This document shows, one piece after another, positions 29,982 to 39,313 of a DNA stretch of 64,000 nucleotides. Numbering within the stretch: the first letter of the stretch is position 1; every line of letters begins with the position of its first letter. The notes beneath the pieces were generated by a model that was not told the origin of the DNA, did not search any database, and was given only the letters and a program-made list of their open reading frames with translations. Source of the DNA: Patescibacteria group bacterium (GTDB lineage Bacteria > Patescibacteriota > Patescibacteriia > Magasanikbacterales > UBA922); contig JBAZZL010000003.1 of the NCBI GenBank assembly GCA_041658785.1, positions 639 through 64,638 on the forward strand, read 5' to 3'. Both the position numbers and the translations under genes were made by a program.

Positions 29982-31391
29982 TTAATATCTATACCATTCG
30001 TGTTTATACGGCCCATTGACGCTAACATTAATATACCCCGCCTGTTCTTTCGTTAATCTCGTCAGTTTAACCCCAATCTTATCCAAATGCAAACGCGCCA
30101 CTTCTTCGTCCAGTTCTTTGGGGAGAGTGGTAACGCCGATCGGATGTTTTTTGGTCCAAAGTTCAATCTGGGCGAGCGTCTGATTGCTGAAACTATTACT
30201 CATCACAAAGCTAGGGTGGCCGGTGGCGCAGCCCAGATTGACGAGCCGGCCCTCGGCCAAGAGATAGATTTCATTGCCATTGGGAAAAATATATTTGTCC
30301 ACCTGCGGTTTGATATTGATTTTTTTAACGCCGTTTAGTTTATTTAGCGGTTCAACTTGAATTTCATTGTCAAAATGTCCGATATTGCAGACAATCGCCT
30401 GATCTTTCATTTTTTCCAGATGTTCAACGCGGATGACGTCTCTGTTTCCGGTGGCGGTGATGTAAATGTCCGCCCGCCCCAGAGTATTTTCAACAGTAGT
30501 AACTTCATAGCCCTCCATCGCCGCCTGCAAAGCGCAGATGGGGTCAATCTCGGTTACAATCACTCGCGCTCCCTGCCCGCGCAGGGCTTGGGCGCAGCCC
30601 TTGCCCACTTCGCCATAGCCGCAGACGACCGCCACTTTGCCGCCGATCATCGCGTCCATGGCGCGGTTCAGCCCGTCCAGTACCGAATGGCGGCAGCCGT
30701 AGATGTTGTCAAATTTTGATTTGGTGACAGAATCGTTGACGTTGATGGCGGGGAATAATAGCTTTCCTTCTTTTGCCAACTGATATAGCCGATGCACGCC
30801 CGTGGTCGTTTCTTCGGATACGCCCTTCACATTTTTTGCCACACCTGTCCAGAGGTTTTGTTTTTTCGCGTAAAGATTTTTTAACGCTTTCATCAACTCT
30901 CTAAAATCTTCTCCTTCGCCCGAATAATCTTTTTTCAAAAGCGCGGGGTTGTTTTCTATTTCCACGCCTTGGTGGATCATGAGCGTCGCGTCGCCGCCAT
31001 CATCAACAATTAAATTCGGCCCTTGCCAATTTCCAAAATCAAGCGCTCTCATCGTGCACCACCAATAATCCGCGAGCGTTTCGCCTTTCCAGGCAAATAC
31101 CGGAATGCCCGTTTTCGCTATCGCCGCCGTGGCATGGTCTTGCGTGGAAAAGATGTTACAACTGGCCCAGCGCACTTTGGCGCCGAGGGCGGCGAGCGTT
31201 TCAATCAAGACCGCGGTCTGAATCGTCATGTGGAGCGAGCCGGTGATTTTCGCGCCTTTCAACGGTTTTGTTTTCGCGTATTTTTTCCTGATCGCCATGA
31301 GGCCGGGCATTTCTTTTTCCGCGATTTCAATTTCTTTGCGGCCGAGGAGGGCGAGGGAGAGGTCGGCGACTTTGTAATCTGTTTTTGGCAT
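29982..31391 (-). CDS. ahcY: Adenosylhomocysteinase
   Basis: [36 protein letters not shown]. Confidence 0.97.
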   Translation of the reverse strand: MPKTDYKVADLSLALLGRKEIEIAEKEMPGLMAIRKKYAKTKPLKGAKITGSLHMTIQTAVLIETLAALGAKVRWASCNIFSTQDHATAAIAKTGIPVFAWKGETLADYWWCTMRALDFGNWQGPNLIVDDGGDATLMIHQGVEIENNPALLKKDYSGEGEDFRELMKALKNLYAKKQNLWTGVAKNVKGVSEETTTGVHRLYQLAKEGKLLFPAINVNDSVTKSKFDNIYGCRHSVLDGLNRAMDAMIGGKVAVVCGYGEVGKGCAQALRGQGARVIVTEIDPICALQAAMEGYEVTTVENTLGRADIYITATGNRDVIRVEHLEKMKDQAIVCNIGHFDNEIQVEPLNKLNGVKKINIKPQVDKYIFPNGNEIYLLAEGRLVNLGCATGHPSFVMSNSFSNQTLAQIELWTKKHPIGVTTLPKELDEEVARLHLDKIGVKLTRLTKEQAGYINVSVNGPYKHEWYRY

Positions 31392-31409
31392 AGTGCTTAT
31401 GAAAATTAA

Positions 31410-31684
31410 CCTAATTTCTAATACTTTGAATTACGAAACGTAGATTTTCATCATTCCCATTTAAAGGACTCTTCGCAGTGTGAATCGGTCTTCGCGGTAA
31501 TCCGCACCTCATCCCCCTGCCCCTTCTCCTTGAAGGAGAAGGGGGGTTGCCAATTGTCCATCTGGCTTCCCCTCTCCTTTTAGGAGAGTGGCTAGGGGTG
31601 AGGTGCGGGTTACCGCGAAGAGTTTTCGGAACGGTGAGTGACAGTTGTGTGCCGTTTCGTAATTCAAAGTAATTAGAAATTAGG
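31410..31684. mobile_element. MITE-like nested palindromic element
   Basis: About 31-bp terminal inverted repeats (..CTTTGAATTACGAAACG) enclosing a two-armed palindrome. Confidence 0.65.
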
Positions 31685-31720
31685 TCAATTAGGTTAATTT
31701 AAAACTTCTACATGCAAGAA

Positions 31721-31801
31721 TTATCCTCTGTATACTAAATACCCCACATAAACCGCGTACATCATCACAAACATCACCCCCTGCCAGCGGTCTAATTTGT
31801 G
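31721..31801 (-). pseudogene. C-terminal remnant of a membrane transporter (Ca/Na antiporter-like)
   Basis: HKLDRWQGVMFVMMYAVYVGYLVYRG* with no start. Confidence 0.45.
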
Positions 31802-31924
31802 TTAAGAAAATAAAACAGACCTTATTATAGTCCGGTTAGAGGAGAAAGACAAGTTTTTGAGGCAGATTAATTTATGTAATCTAGAATTTACGCGTTTGAA
31901 ATCTGATTCACTTTTTAGGTAAAA

Positions 31925-32000
31925 GGAGTAACAGACGACCCAAAGGGAGTCTGTCCAACGACCGAATTGAACGCACTCCCCACGGGTCGTGCGTTACTCC
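31925..32000. repeat. Inverted REP-like doublet
   Basis: GGAGTAACAGACGACCC..GGGAGTCTGT with an inverted variant copy. Confidence 0.55.
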
Positions 32001-32030
32001 AATTTATAATGAAACGCGTAAGTTCTGTAA

Positions 32031-32972
32031 TTATAAATTTATCGTCTCTCCGTACGTCTCCCGATATCTCCCCTCAAACTCTTTCAGAGTAAATCGGTGA
32101 TTCTGCGTACCGTAATTTTCCACCGCGTAAGTGGCCGCGACCGAACCAACCTGGCCGCAGGTTTTGAGATCATGCCCGTTCACATAGGCGGTAAAGAATC
32201 CAGCGCGATAAGCATCGCCGGCGCCAGTCGGGTCGTCAGTGGAGCGTGGCTGGCAAGGCATAATTTCAAGAATTTTATTTTTGGTGGTAATGATTGATCC
32301 TTTGCTTCCCAGTGTAGTAATCAGCACCCCAACATGGTTTAGCATTTCATGTCCATCCCAACCGGTTTTTTCTTCAATCAATTTCATTTCATAATCATTG
32401 CCAATCAAAAATTTCGCCTGGCCAATCGCGGCCATCAGCTCTTGCGGAGACAGAGCCGGTATTTGCTGGCCCGGGTCAAAGACAAATGGAATTTTGAGAT
32501 CATAACATTCTTTGGCATGCTTTACCATCGCGTCTTTTTGCGTCGGAGAGATCAAGGCGAAATCAATTTTTTCTTTAACATCGCTGATATTTAATTTGGC
32601 TGCCTCGGAATGCGCGCCATTGTAAAACGCGGTTATTTGATTATCATCTTTGTCCGTGGTAATATGGGCCGAGCCGGTTAGTTTTTCTTTGGCAATGATA
32701 ATGTAGTTGGTATTGATGCCTTTTTTATTTAGATAATCAAGATAGTCTTTTCCGTCAGTTCCCATCGGAGAGAAGACGATTGGCTCTCCGCCGAGCAATT
32801 TGACAGTATGGGCGATGTTGGCCGCGGTGCCGCCGTAATTTTTGTGCAGTTTGTCCACGGTAAAACAGACATTCAGAATATGAATCTGGTCCGGCAGGAT
32901 ATGATTTTTGAAACTATCCGGAAAGTCCATAATGAAGTCGTAGGCGATGGTGCCGGAGATGAGGATGGTCAT
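32031..32972 (-). CDS. PfkB family kinase, probable adenosine kinase
   Basis: GTIAYD, GGTAANIA, FDPGQQ, DPTGAGDAYRAG; next to ahcY. Confidence 0.88.
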   Translation of the reverse strand: MTILISGTIAYDFIMDFPDSFKNHILPDQIHILNVCFTVDKLHKNYGGTAANIAHTVKLLGGEPIVFSPMGTDGKDYLDYLNKKGINTNYIIIAKEKLTGSAHITTDKDDNQITAFYNGAHSEAAKLNISDVKEKIDFALISPTQKDAMVKHAKECYDLKIPFVFDPGQQIPALSPQELMAAIGQAKFLIGNDYEMKLIEEKTGWDGHEMLNHVGVLITTLGSKGSIITTKNKILEIMPCQPRSTDDPTGAGDAYRAGFFTAYVNGHDLKTCGQVGSVAATYAVENYGTQNHRFTLKEFEGRYRETYGETINL

Positions 32973-33142
32973 AGCTATTGTTTTTTTTGTAATAACTCGG
33001 TATATTATACATTATTTGGCGGATATTTCAAGTGTTTTTTTCCATAAAAATCTATATCAAAATAATTTTGCGCGGCGTTGGCCATGTGATGTTGCAAAAT
33101 AACGCGCTAACAGGATTGTTATTTTTAGAAAGAATATAGAAT

Positions 33143-33787
33143 ATGATACTTTCATTTATTGAAATAATATTTCATCTTGATAAGTACTTGCTGGCGATCG
33201 TAAATGAATATTCGGCGCTGGCGTATCTGATATTGTTTTTAATAATATTTTTTGAGACCGGCATTGTGGTCACCCCGTTTCTTCCCGGGGACAGTCTTTT
33301 GTTTGCCGCCGGCGCGCTCTCCGCGGCCGGTTCGTTTAAACTTTGGGCGCTTTTTTTGGTTATTTTTATCGCCGCCGTCGCCGGCGACGCTCTAAACTAT
33401 CATGTCGGTAAATTTATCGGGCCGAAAATATTTAGCAAGGAGTCGTCTTGGTTATTCCAAAAAAAACATCTGGCGCGAGCGCAAAGATTTTATGAAAAAT
33501 ACGGCAAAAAAACAATCATTCTCGCGCGTTTTATTCCGATAATCAGGACATTCGCCCCTTTTGTCGCCGGCATCGGCCGAATGCCTTACGGGATTTTTTT
33601 GACATATAACATCATCGGCGCCGCGCTTTGGAGCAGTCTGTTTATTTTTGGCGGATTCTTTTTTGGCAATACCCTTTGGGTGAAGGAGCATTTTGGGATA
33701 TTGATTCTGGCGATTATTTTTGTCTCACTGATACCGCTCGCCAAAGAAATAATTGTTTTTTTACGCAAAAAAAATAACACGGCGTAA
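33143..33787 (+). CDS. dedA: DedA family membrane protein
   Basis: PFLPGDSLLF, ARFIPIIRTFAPFVAG. Confidence 0.92.
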   Translation: MILSFIEIIFHLDKYLLAIVNEYSALAYLILFLIIFFETGIVVTPFLPGDSLLFAAGALSAAGSFKLWALFLVIFIAAVAGDALNYHVGKFIGPKIFSKESSWLFQKKHLARAQRFYEKYGKKTIILARFIPIIRTFAPFVAGIGRMPYGIFLTYNIIGAALWSSLFIFGGFFFGNTLWVKEHFGILILAIIFVSLIPLAKEIIVFLRKKNNTA

Positions 33788-33923
33788 CTTCATCCGTTTT
33801 CAGTTTTTAACGATAGCCCAGAGAGGCGATCGTTTTTTTGTTATTCTTGCGATGTTTCTTTTTGGCTTGTTTTTTCTTTTTGTACATATTAGTTTGAAAG
33901 TAAAAAGTTAAAAGTTTATAAAG

Positions 33924-34730
33924 TTATTGTTTATCCAAGTATTGGTTGTAGAGATTTCTTAATTGTTGCAATTCATTTGAAATTTTTGCGAATGATTGTT
34001 TGTTGATGGTTTTGATTGGAACAATTTTACCGGAAGTATTGGTTAAAAAAGCTCCATCGCAGTCAAATATTTTGGTAAGAGGAATATCCTGCTCTTTTAT
34101 TTTATAACCATTTTGGGTGGCGCAGTCAATGACGGTTTTTCGTGTAATACCCGAGAGCACCTCTTTTTCAGGTGGAGTATATAGTATTTTGCCTTTAATA
34201 GCAAAAAAGTTTGAACGCGTTCCCTCGGTGATGTTTCCGGCGCGGTCAAGCAAAAGCGCGTCGTAAGCGCCGGCTGCTTTGGCTTTTTGATAAGCGACGT
34301 AACTCGGCAGCATGTTTAGTGTCTTGGCTTGCGGAGCAAAACGTTCGTAAGCAAATGTGATTACTTTCACTCCGTCGCGATAGTCCTTTTTTTCTACAAA
34401 TAATGGATTAAGCATGAAAATGAACAGCTTTGGTTCTTTTCCGCCCAAAAGAATCACTTTGATATTGGCGGTTTCAATTTTATTCATTTTAACCAACTCT
34501 TGAATCCAGCCCCCAACCTGTTTTTGTTTGTAATTGTGTTGGAGATCAATTTGTTTGGCCGAGTAAAACAGCCGTTCCACATGATCGCTGACGAAAAACA
34601 ATTTTTCGTTTCTGATTTTCAAATTTTCATACACGCCAAAGCCGTACATGAGTTCAATCGTGTCAATTGGGAGGACGGCGTCTTTGGTTTTAATTAATTT
34701 GCCGTTTAATGAGGCGCAGGGGCCGAGCAT
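33924..34730 (-). CDS. Aminotransferase class IV
   Basis: YGFGVYE, EGTRSNFF, LSGITR. Confidence 0.88.
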   Translation of the reverse strand: MLGPCASLNGKLIKTKDAVLPIDTIELMYGFGVYENLKIRNEKLFFVSDHVERLFYSAKQIDLQHNYKQKQVGGWIQELVKMNKIETANIKVILLGGKEPKLFIFMLNPLFVEKKDYRDGVKVITFAYERFAPQAKTLNMLPSYVAYQKAKAAGAYDALLLDRAGNITEGTRSNFFAIKGKILYTPPEKEVLSGITRKTVIDCATQNGYKIKEQDIPLTKIFDCDGAFLTNTSGKIVPIKTINKQSFAKISNELQQLRNLYNQYLDKQ

Positions 34731-34775
34731 AATACTTACGGATTACTGATAATTCTGATTTACGGATTTTTGTGA

Positions 34776-35516
34776 TTATAATGTTATAGTTAAATCATCA
34801 AAAGCCGCCCGGCTGTTCGGAAAAATTTGTTTAGCGATTCTTTCCGCCTTTTTTCTTGACGCGATTGAATCGTATCTGTCCGCTCCAAAGTGGGTCAGGA
34901 ATAGCCGTTTGGCTCCGGCTTTTTTGGCGATCGCCGCCGCTTCCTTCGGATTGGCGTGGCCCCAGACATCGCTTTCGCCCGGCAAAAAAGCGCATTCGTG
35001 AACGAGAATATCCGCGTTTTTGCCAAGAGCGATTGCATTGTCGCATGGGCCGGTGTCGGAACAATAAGAAATAATTTTATTTTCCAGATAAAGTCTGTAT
35101 CCCAAAGTTAAGTCCGCGTGTTTTAGCAATCGGCAATCAAACTTAAGCGGTTTTTTATAACTGCCTTGTTTCAGCCCGATAATCTTTGCTTTATATTTAA
35201 GATTTTTTAAAGCGCCGGTGAAAGGATGATTGATGATAAATTTGAATTTTTGCATTGATTCTTGGGCGAGTAAAATTGTGAGGGGTTGCTTGAAATCAAA
35301 CAGCGGCAGAAGATGCATGCCGTAGATGTGATCCAGGTGCAGATGACTGATAAAAAGGTAAACTGGCTTATCTTTTTTATAATATTTTTTTAATTTATGG
35401 ATGCCAAGACCCGCATCCAGGATGATGTATTTGTCTTTGGTTTCTATCAGAGTGCAAATGGTGTTGCCGATCTTGGTGTCAAACCAGCCGTTGGTGCCGA
35501 GGAAGGTGATTTGCAT
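34776..35516 (-). CDS. RNase Z-like MBL-fold hydrolase
   Basis: FLGT, SHLHLDH, SDT, HEC, LTH motifs. Confidence 0.85.
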   Translation of the reverse strand: MQITFLGTNGWFDTKIGNTICTLIETKDKYIILDAGLGIHKLKKYYKKDKPVYLFISHLHLDHIYGMHLLPLFDFKQPLTILLAQESMQKFKFIINHPFTGALKNLKYKAKIIGLKQGSYKKPLKFDCRLLKHADLTLGYRLYLENKIISYCSDTGPCDNAIALGKNADILVHECAFLPGESDVWGHANPKEAAAIAKKAGAKRLFLTHFGADRYDSIASRKKAERIAKQIFPNSRAAFDDLTITL

Positions 35517-35520
35517 AGAA

Positions 35521-35604
35521 GTTGTAAGTTGTAAGTTGTAAGTTGTAAGTTGTAAGTTGTAAGTTGTAAGTTGTAAGTTGTAAGTTGTAAGTTGTAAGTT
35601 GTAA
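35521..35604 (+). repeat. (GTTGTAA)12 tandem heptamer
   Basis: Direct reading. Confidence 0.95.
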
Positions 35605-35613
35605 AGTTGCGAG

Positions 35614-35973
35614 TTACTTTTGAACCTTCATCCAACCGTATAGCAGGCGGCCGCATTCTTCCAGATTTTTAAATAGGCCATCATATTCTTTGAGAGACAT
35701 GTAATCTAGGTCTTTTGCCAATAGCAAATGATATTTTAATTCTTCCAGCGACGCAAGGGCGATGTTATAAAATCGCAATGAATCACCTACACACTTTCTT
35801 TTGAAACCTTCCGCAATATTTGCTGGAAATGAAATGGCTGCGCGGCACGATTGGTCAACCAATCTAAACCTTTCATCAGAAGGATATTTTTTTGTAACCA
35901 GGTATACTTTTAGGACCATCGCGTGTCCTTTTTGCCAAGCCAATATTTCTTTAAATGTTCTTATCCCTGCCAT
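35614..35973 (-). CDS. Four-helix-bundle protein (23S rRNA intervening-sequence protein family)
   Basis: AWQK, FRLVDQ..RAAIS..ANIAEG, ASLEEL motifs. Confidence 0.9.
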   Translation of the reverse strand: MAGIRTFKEILAWQKGHAMVLKVYLVTKKYPSDERFRLVDQSCRAAISFPANIAEGFKRKCVGDSLRFYNIALASLEELKYHLLLAKDLDYMSLKEYDGLFKNLEECGRLLYGWMKVQK

Positions 35974-35977
35974 AAGC

Positions 35978-36014
35978 TTACAACTTTACAACTTACAACT
36001 TTACAACTTACAAC
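35978..36014 (+). repeat. (TTACAAC)5, inverted relative to 35521-35604
   Basis: Direct reading; two units carry an extra T. Confidence 0.9.
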
Positions 36015-36019
36015 CCACA

Positions 36020-36970
36020 TCAATCAAAATACCCAAACCCCCACCAATCATACGGATCAACATAGCGGAAATTGATATTTAGGGCATTGATTTTTTTTAT
36101 ATCGTCAACTAGTAAAGAGAAATCAAATATAGCGATGTTTTCTTTTATCCGTTCTGGGTTTACACTTTTGGGAATGACGATGATATTTCTTTCAATCAGC
36201 CAGCGCAAGAGAATCTGGGCCGGGGTTTTGTTATGTTTTCGGGACAGTTCTAATATGATCGGATTATCAATAAGCGGGGACGGGCAATTTGCCGGCAGAT
36301 CATGAGTGCCGGGTTGATATCCCGGCCGGCCCAGCGGAGAATACGCCGTGACGGCGATGCCATGTTTTTGACAGAATTCCACCAGTCTAGGTTGGGAATT
36401 GTAAGCGTGTATTTCCACCTGATTCATCGCCGGTTTGATTTTGGCGTAAGTTAAAAGATCAAACAGCATCATGGTTGTGAAATTGGAAACGCCGATTGAT
36501 TTTACCAGCCCCTTTTCCACTAATTTTTCCATCGCTTCCCAAGTTTCCCGGATCGGAATGGGATCCATCGGCGGCGCGGCGCTGTTCTTTTTATCATATA
36601 CCGCGCCGGCAGAGAGGGCATACCCCCAGTGCATCAAGTAAAGATCCAGATAGTCCAATTTTAAATCAGTCAAAGTTTTTTTGCCGGCCGCTTCCACTTT
36701 ATTTCGCGTATGCTCGCTGTTCCAGAGTTTGCTCGTGACAAAGATTTCTTCGCGTTTTATTTTGCCGCTAGCGAAAATTTTGGCAAAGGCCGCGCCGATT
36801 TCCGGTTCGTTTTCATAAATCGCGGCGCAGTCAATATGGCGATAGCCGGCTTGGGTGATGGCGTATTCCACCGCTTGCCCCACCTCGCTTGGAGCGGATT
36901 TCCAGGTGCCGAGGCCGAGCTGGGGCATTTGGGCACCGGTGTTAAGTTTGACGCTGGGTTGGTTGGACAT
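36020..36970 (-). CDS. Aldo/keto reductase
   Basis: LGLGTW, GYRHIDCA, IGVSNF, IPKS. Confidence 0.93.
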   Translation of the reverse strand: MSNQPSVKLNTGAQMPQLGLGTWKSAPSEVGQAVEYAITQAGYRHIDCAAIYENEPEIGAAFAKIFASGKIKREEIFVTSKLWNSEHTRNKVEAAGKKTLTDLKLDYLDLYLMHWGYALSAGAVYDKKNSAAPPMDPIPIRETWEAMEKLVEKGLVKSIGVSNFTTMMLFDLLTYAKIKPAMNQVEIHAYNSQPRLVEFCQKHGIAVTAYSPLGRPGYQPGTHDLPANCPSPLIDNPIILELSRKHNKTPAQILLRWLIERNIIVIPKSVNPERIKENIAIFDFSLLVDDIKKINALNINFRYVDPYDWWGFGYFD

Positions 36971-37376
36971 AATTTGATAATTTTTGATTAATTATCTGGG
37001 AAATTTGTTCAGCATTTTTGGTGATCAAAAGAATTTTTTTAGGCGCGTCAGCCTTGCGATGAAAGATTTGTATGTATTTTTGCCCCCATTGATTTTTGTA
37101 TTCCACTTTTTCAATCTCGTGATAGTTTAAGAGGATTTGTTTGAAATAGCTGATAATCATAAAATCATTATAAAGGGCGAGTCGGACAAAAGGACGGCTG
37201 AAGTTGGTGTAATTGAACTTGCCGCCGCAGTTTTCTTTGTGAATTGGTACCATGCCGCGCTCCAGATCAAGCAGCTGGTTGCGTTTTTTGAACAGCAAAA
37301 CAAAAACAATGATGATTATTGCCGGCGCTAGAAAAGAGGATAGAAAAGGAATATATTGAATGAACTGTTCTGGCAT
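36942..37376 (-). CDS. Hypothetical protein with N-terminal TM
   Basis: ORF colinear with neighbours. Confidence 0.6.
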   Translation of the reverse strand: MPEQFIQYIPFLSSFLAPAIIIIVFVLLFKKRNQLLDLERGMVPIHKENCGGKFNYTNFSRPFVRLALYNDFMIISYFKQILLNYHEIEKVEYKNQWGQKYIQIFHRKADAPKKILLITKNAEQISQIINQKLSNYVQPTQRQT

Positions 37377-37544
37377 ATTTTATCTCTGGCGGTGTGCGTT
37401 CGAAAAAATTCGAACAGATTTCGCCCAAAATTTGTAGGGCGGGCGGAATTCCCCCCGAACCCCCTTTCCGCCCGCCCGCAGAAGCGACCCTTTCGGATTG
37501 GACGATTTCAAGTTTTTCGCAGGCGGTAGCCTGCTAACAAAATC

Positions 37545-38270
37545 TTACAGATTTTGTTTTGTGGCGGCAAATTCTTTATTCAATTCGTATTCTCTAATAA
37601 TTTTTCTTGATTCAGGATAGCAAACTGCATTGCAGGTAATCAAATTAATCTTTTCAGCCTTAAAATTCCCAATTTTCAAATTTCTCATTTTTTTAACCTC
37701 TTCAATAAATTGAGTGCTCGGATTCCGAGTAAAACGGCAAATAGTTATGTTTCCCCAAAATACAGAGCCTGAAAGATATTTTTTATTATCTGGCACACCG
37801 ATTTGTTGTAAACCTTTATTTAAAGCGGAAACCAATTTTTTAAGCGTATCGTTTGAATAAGCCATTAGAGATAAACTTGTTGGAAAAGTCAAAATATCTT
37901 CAACATTAAATTCAAAAGCTGGAAATTTTGGAATTATTTCACTAAATAGTTGATTTACCTTATTGATATCTGACTCAGAAAATAAAGGTGGTTTATTTAT
38001 AGTCCGAACATTTTTAATTGTTAGGTGCATCGATTCAGGCGGATAAAAATAATGTTGGGGTTCAATTTTTTTTAATTTGCCGATAATGCTTGAAATTATT
38101 TTGCTAGAAATTTCATTTGGGATAAAAACGACTGAAGTTAAGCAGATTTGGTCGTCATTCGCGTAATCTTTTTGCATATCAACAACTGTCGATTTATGAA
38201 CGCCATTAGCAAATGAATCTTCAAGCTGTTTCACTAGGCCTTTTTGTTGTAATAAATAATTATTGCTCAT
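37545..38270 (-). CDS. 2H phosphoesterase / 2'-5' RNA ligase-like protein
   Basis: PPESMHLT first motif; second motif degenerate (GNIT). Confidence 0.65.
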   Translation of the reverse strand: MSNNYLLQQKGLVKQLEDSFANGVHKSTVVDMQKDYANDDQICLTSVVFIPNEISSKIISSIIGKLKKIEPQHYFYPPESMHLTIKNVRTINKPPLFSESDINKVNQLFSEIIPKFPAFEFNVEDILTFPTSLSLMAYSNDTLKKLVSALNKGLQQIGVPDNKKYLSGSVFWGNITICRFTRNPSTQFIEEVKKMRNLKIGNFKAEKINLITCNAVCYPESRKIIREYELNKEFAATKQNL

Positions 38271-38285
38271 AAATAATATTGTTTG

Positions 38286-38473
38286 CTATTTCATTAAATT
38301 ATCAATTGTAATCCCAAGCCCGTTAGCTATTTTCATAACCGTTTGAATTGAGGGCTTGGTAATAACATTTGTTTCGATTTTGGTCAGTGTTGTGTGGGAA
38401 GATCGAATTTTCTCGCCAATTCGTCCTGCGTTAATCCTTGCTTATTTCTAAGCTGTTTTATCTTATCCCCAAT
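38286..38473 (-). pseudogene. Frameshifted, 5'-truncated XRE HTH regulator
   Basis: IGDKIKQLRNKQGLTQDELARK then a 1-nt frameshift to TTLTKIETNVITKPSIQTVMKIANGLG; abuts the tRNA 3' end. Confidence 0.7.
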
Positions 38474-38563
38474 TGGCGGAAGAGGTGGGATTCGAACCCA
38501 CGATACCCTTGCGGGCATACCGCTTTTCGAGAGCGGCGCCTTCAACCACTCGGCCACTCTTCC
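38474..38563 (-). tRNA. tRNA-Ser(CGA)
   Basis: GGAAGAG/CTCTTCC acceptor, CT-CGA-AA loop, long variable arm, G73, encoded CCA. Confidence 0.95.
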
Positions 38564-38621
38564 TTGGGATATTAACCTATCATATTATAGCAGAAAAATA
38601 AAGACCCGCCGAGCGGCGGGC

Positions 38622-39212
38622 TTATTTTTTTCTTTTCTTCATTTCTGCTTCAATTTTTGTCAGTTCCACGCCCTTCTTCGCCAGCAAAACAAACAAGTGG
38701 TACAGCAAATCAGCCGTTTCTTCCACCAGCCGCTGTTTTGTTTCATTTTTCGCGGCGTTAATTACTTCCCCGCTTTCTTCTTCCACTTTGGCGCAGATTT
38801 TATTTAATCCCGCCTTAAATAAACTGGCGGTATAGGAATTTTGGGGCAGTTGTTTTTTGCGTTTTTTGATTAACTCAAATAGCTCTCGCAAAACATCAGA
38901 GTTTTTTTCTTCGCCAAAGCAGGAATAATTGCCGGTGTGGCAGGCGGGGCCGGCCGGTTTTACTTTGATAAGAGTGGCGTCATGGTCGCAGTCGGTTTTT
39001 ATTTCCATTACCTTAAAATAATTTTTACTCGTCTCGCCTTTCAGCCAAAGGCGGTTTTTGGAACGGCTAAAAAACCAGACGCGTTTTTCGGCCAGCGTTT
39101 TTTGGTACGCCTCTTCGTTCATGTAGCCCAACATCAAGACCTGGTTTGTATTAGCGTCTTGGACAATGGCCGGCGCCAGTCCATTTGAATTTTTGTCCCA
39201 GTTTATATTCAT
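38622..39212 (-). CDS. hisIE: Bifunctional HisIE
   Basis: WLKGETS, DCDHD, ACHTG, KVEEESGE, ADLLYH. Confidence 0.93.
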   Translation of the reverse strand: MNINWDKNSNGLAPAIVQDANTNQVLMLGYMNEEAYQKTLAEKRVWFFSRSKNRLWLKGETSKNYFKVMEIKTDCDHDATLIKVKPAGPACHTGNYSCFGEEKNSDVLRELFELIKKRKKQLPQNSYTASLFKAGLNKICAKVEEESGEVINAAKNETKQRLVEETADLLYHLFVLLAKKGVELTKIEAEMKKRKK

Positions 39213-39313
39213 ACAGTTCTGATAAGGTCAGTTAGATAGGAACACGAATTTAACGAATTAAACGAATTTGAACGAATTCGTTTTGATTCGTTAAATTCGT
39301 TCAATCCGTGTAT

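Noticed and set aside
31392-32030. SAH or SAM riboswitch upstream of ahcY
   Set aside because: No recognisable consensus; the hairpins are explained by repeat elements.
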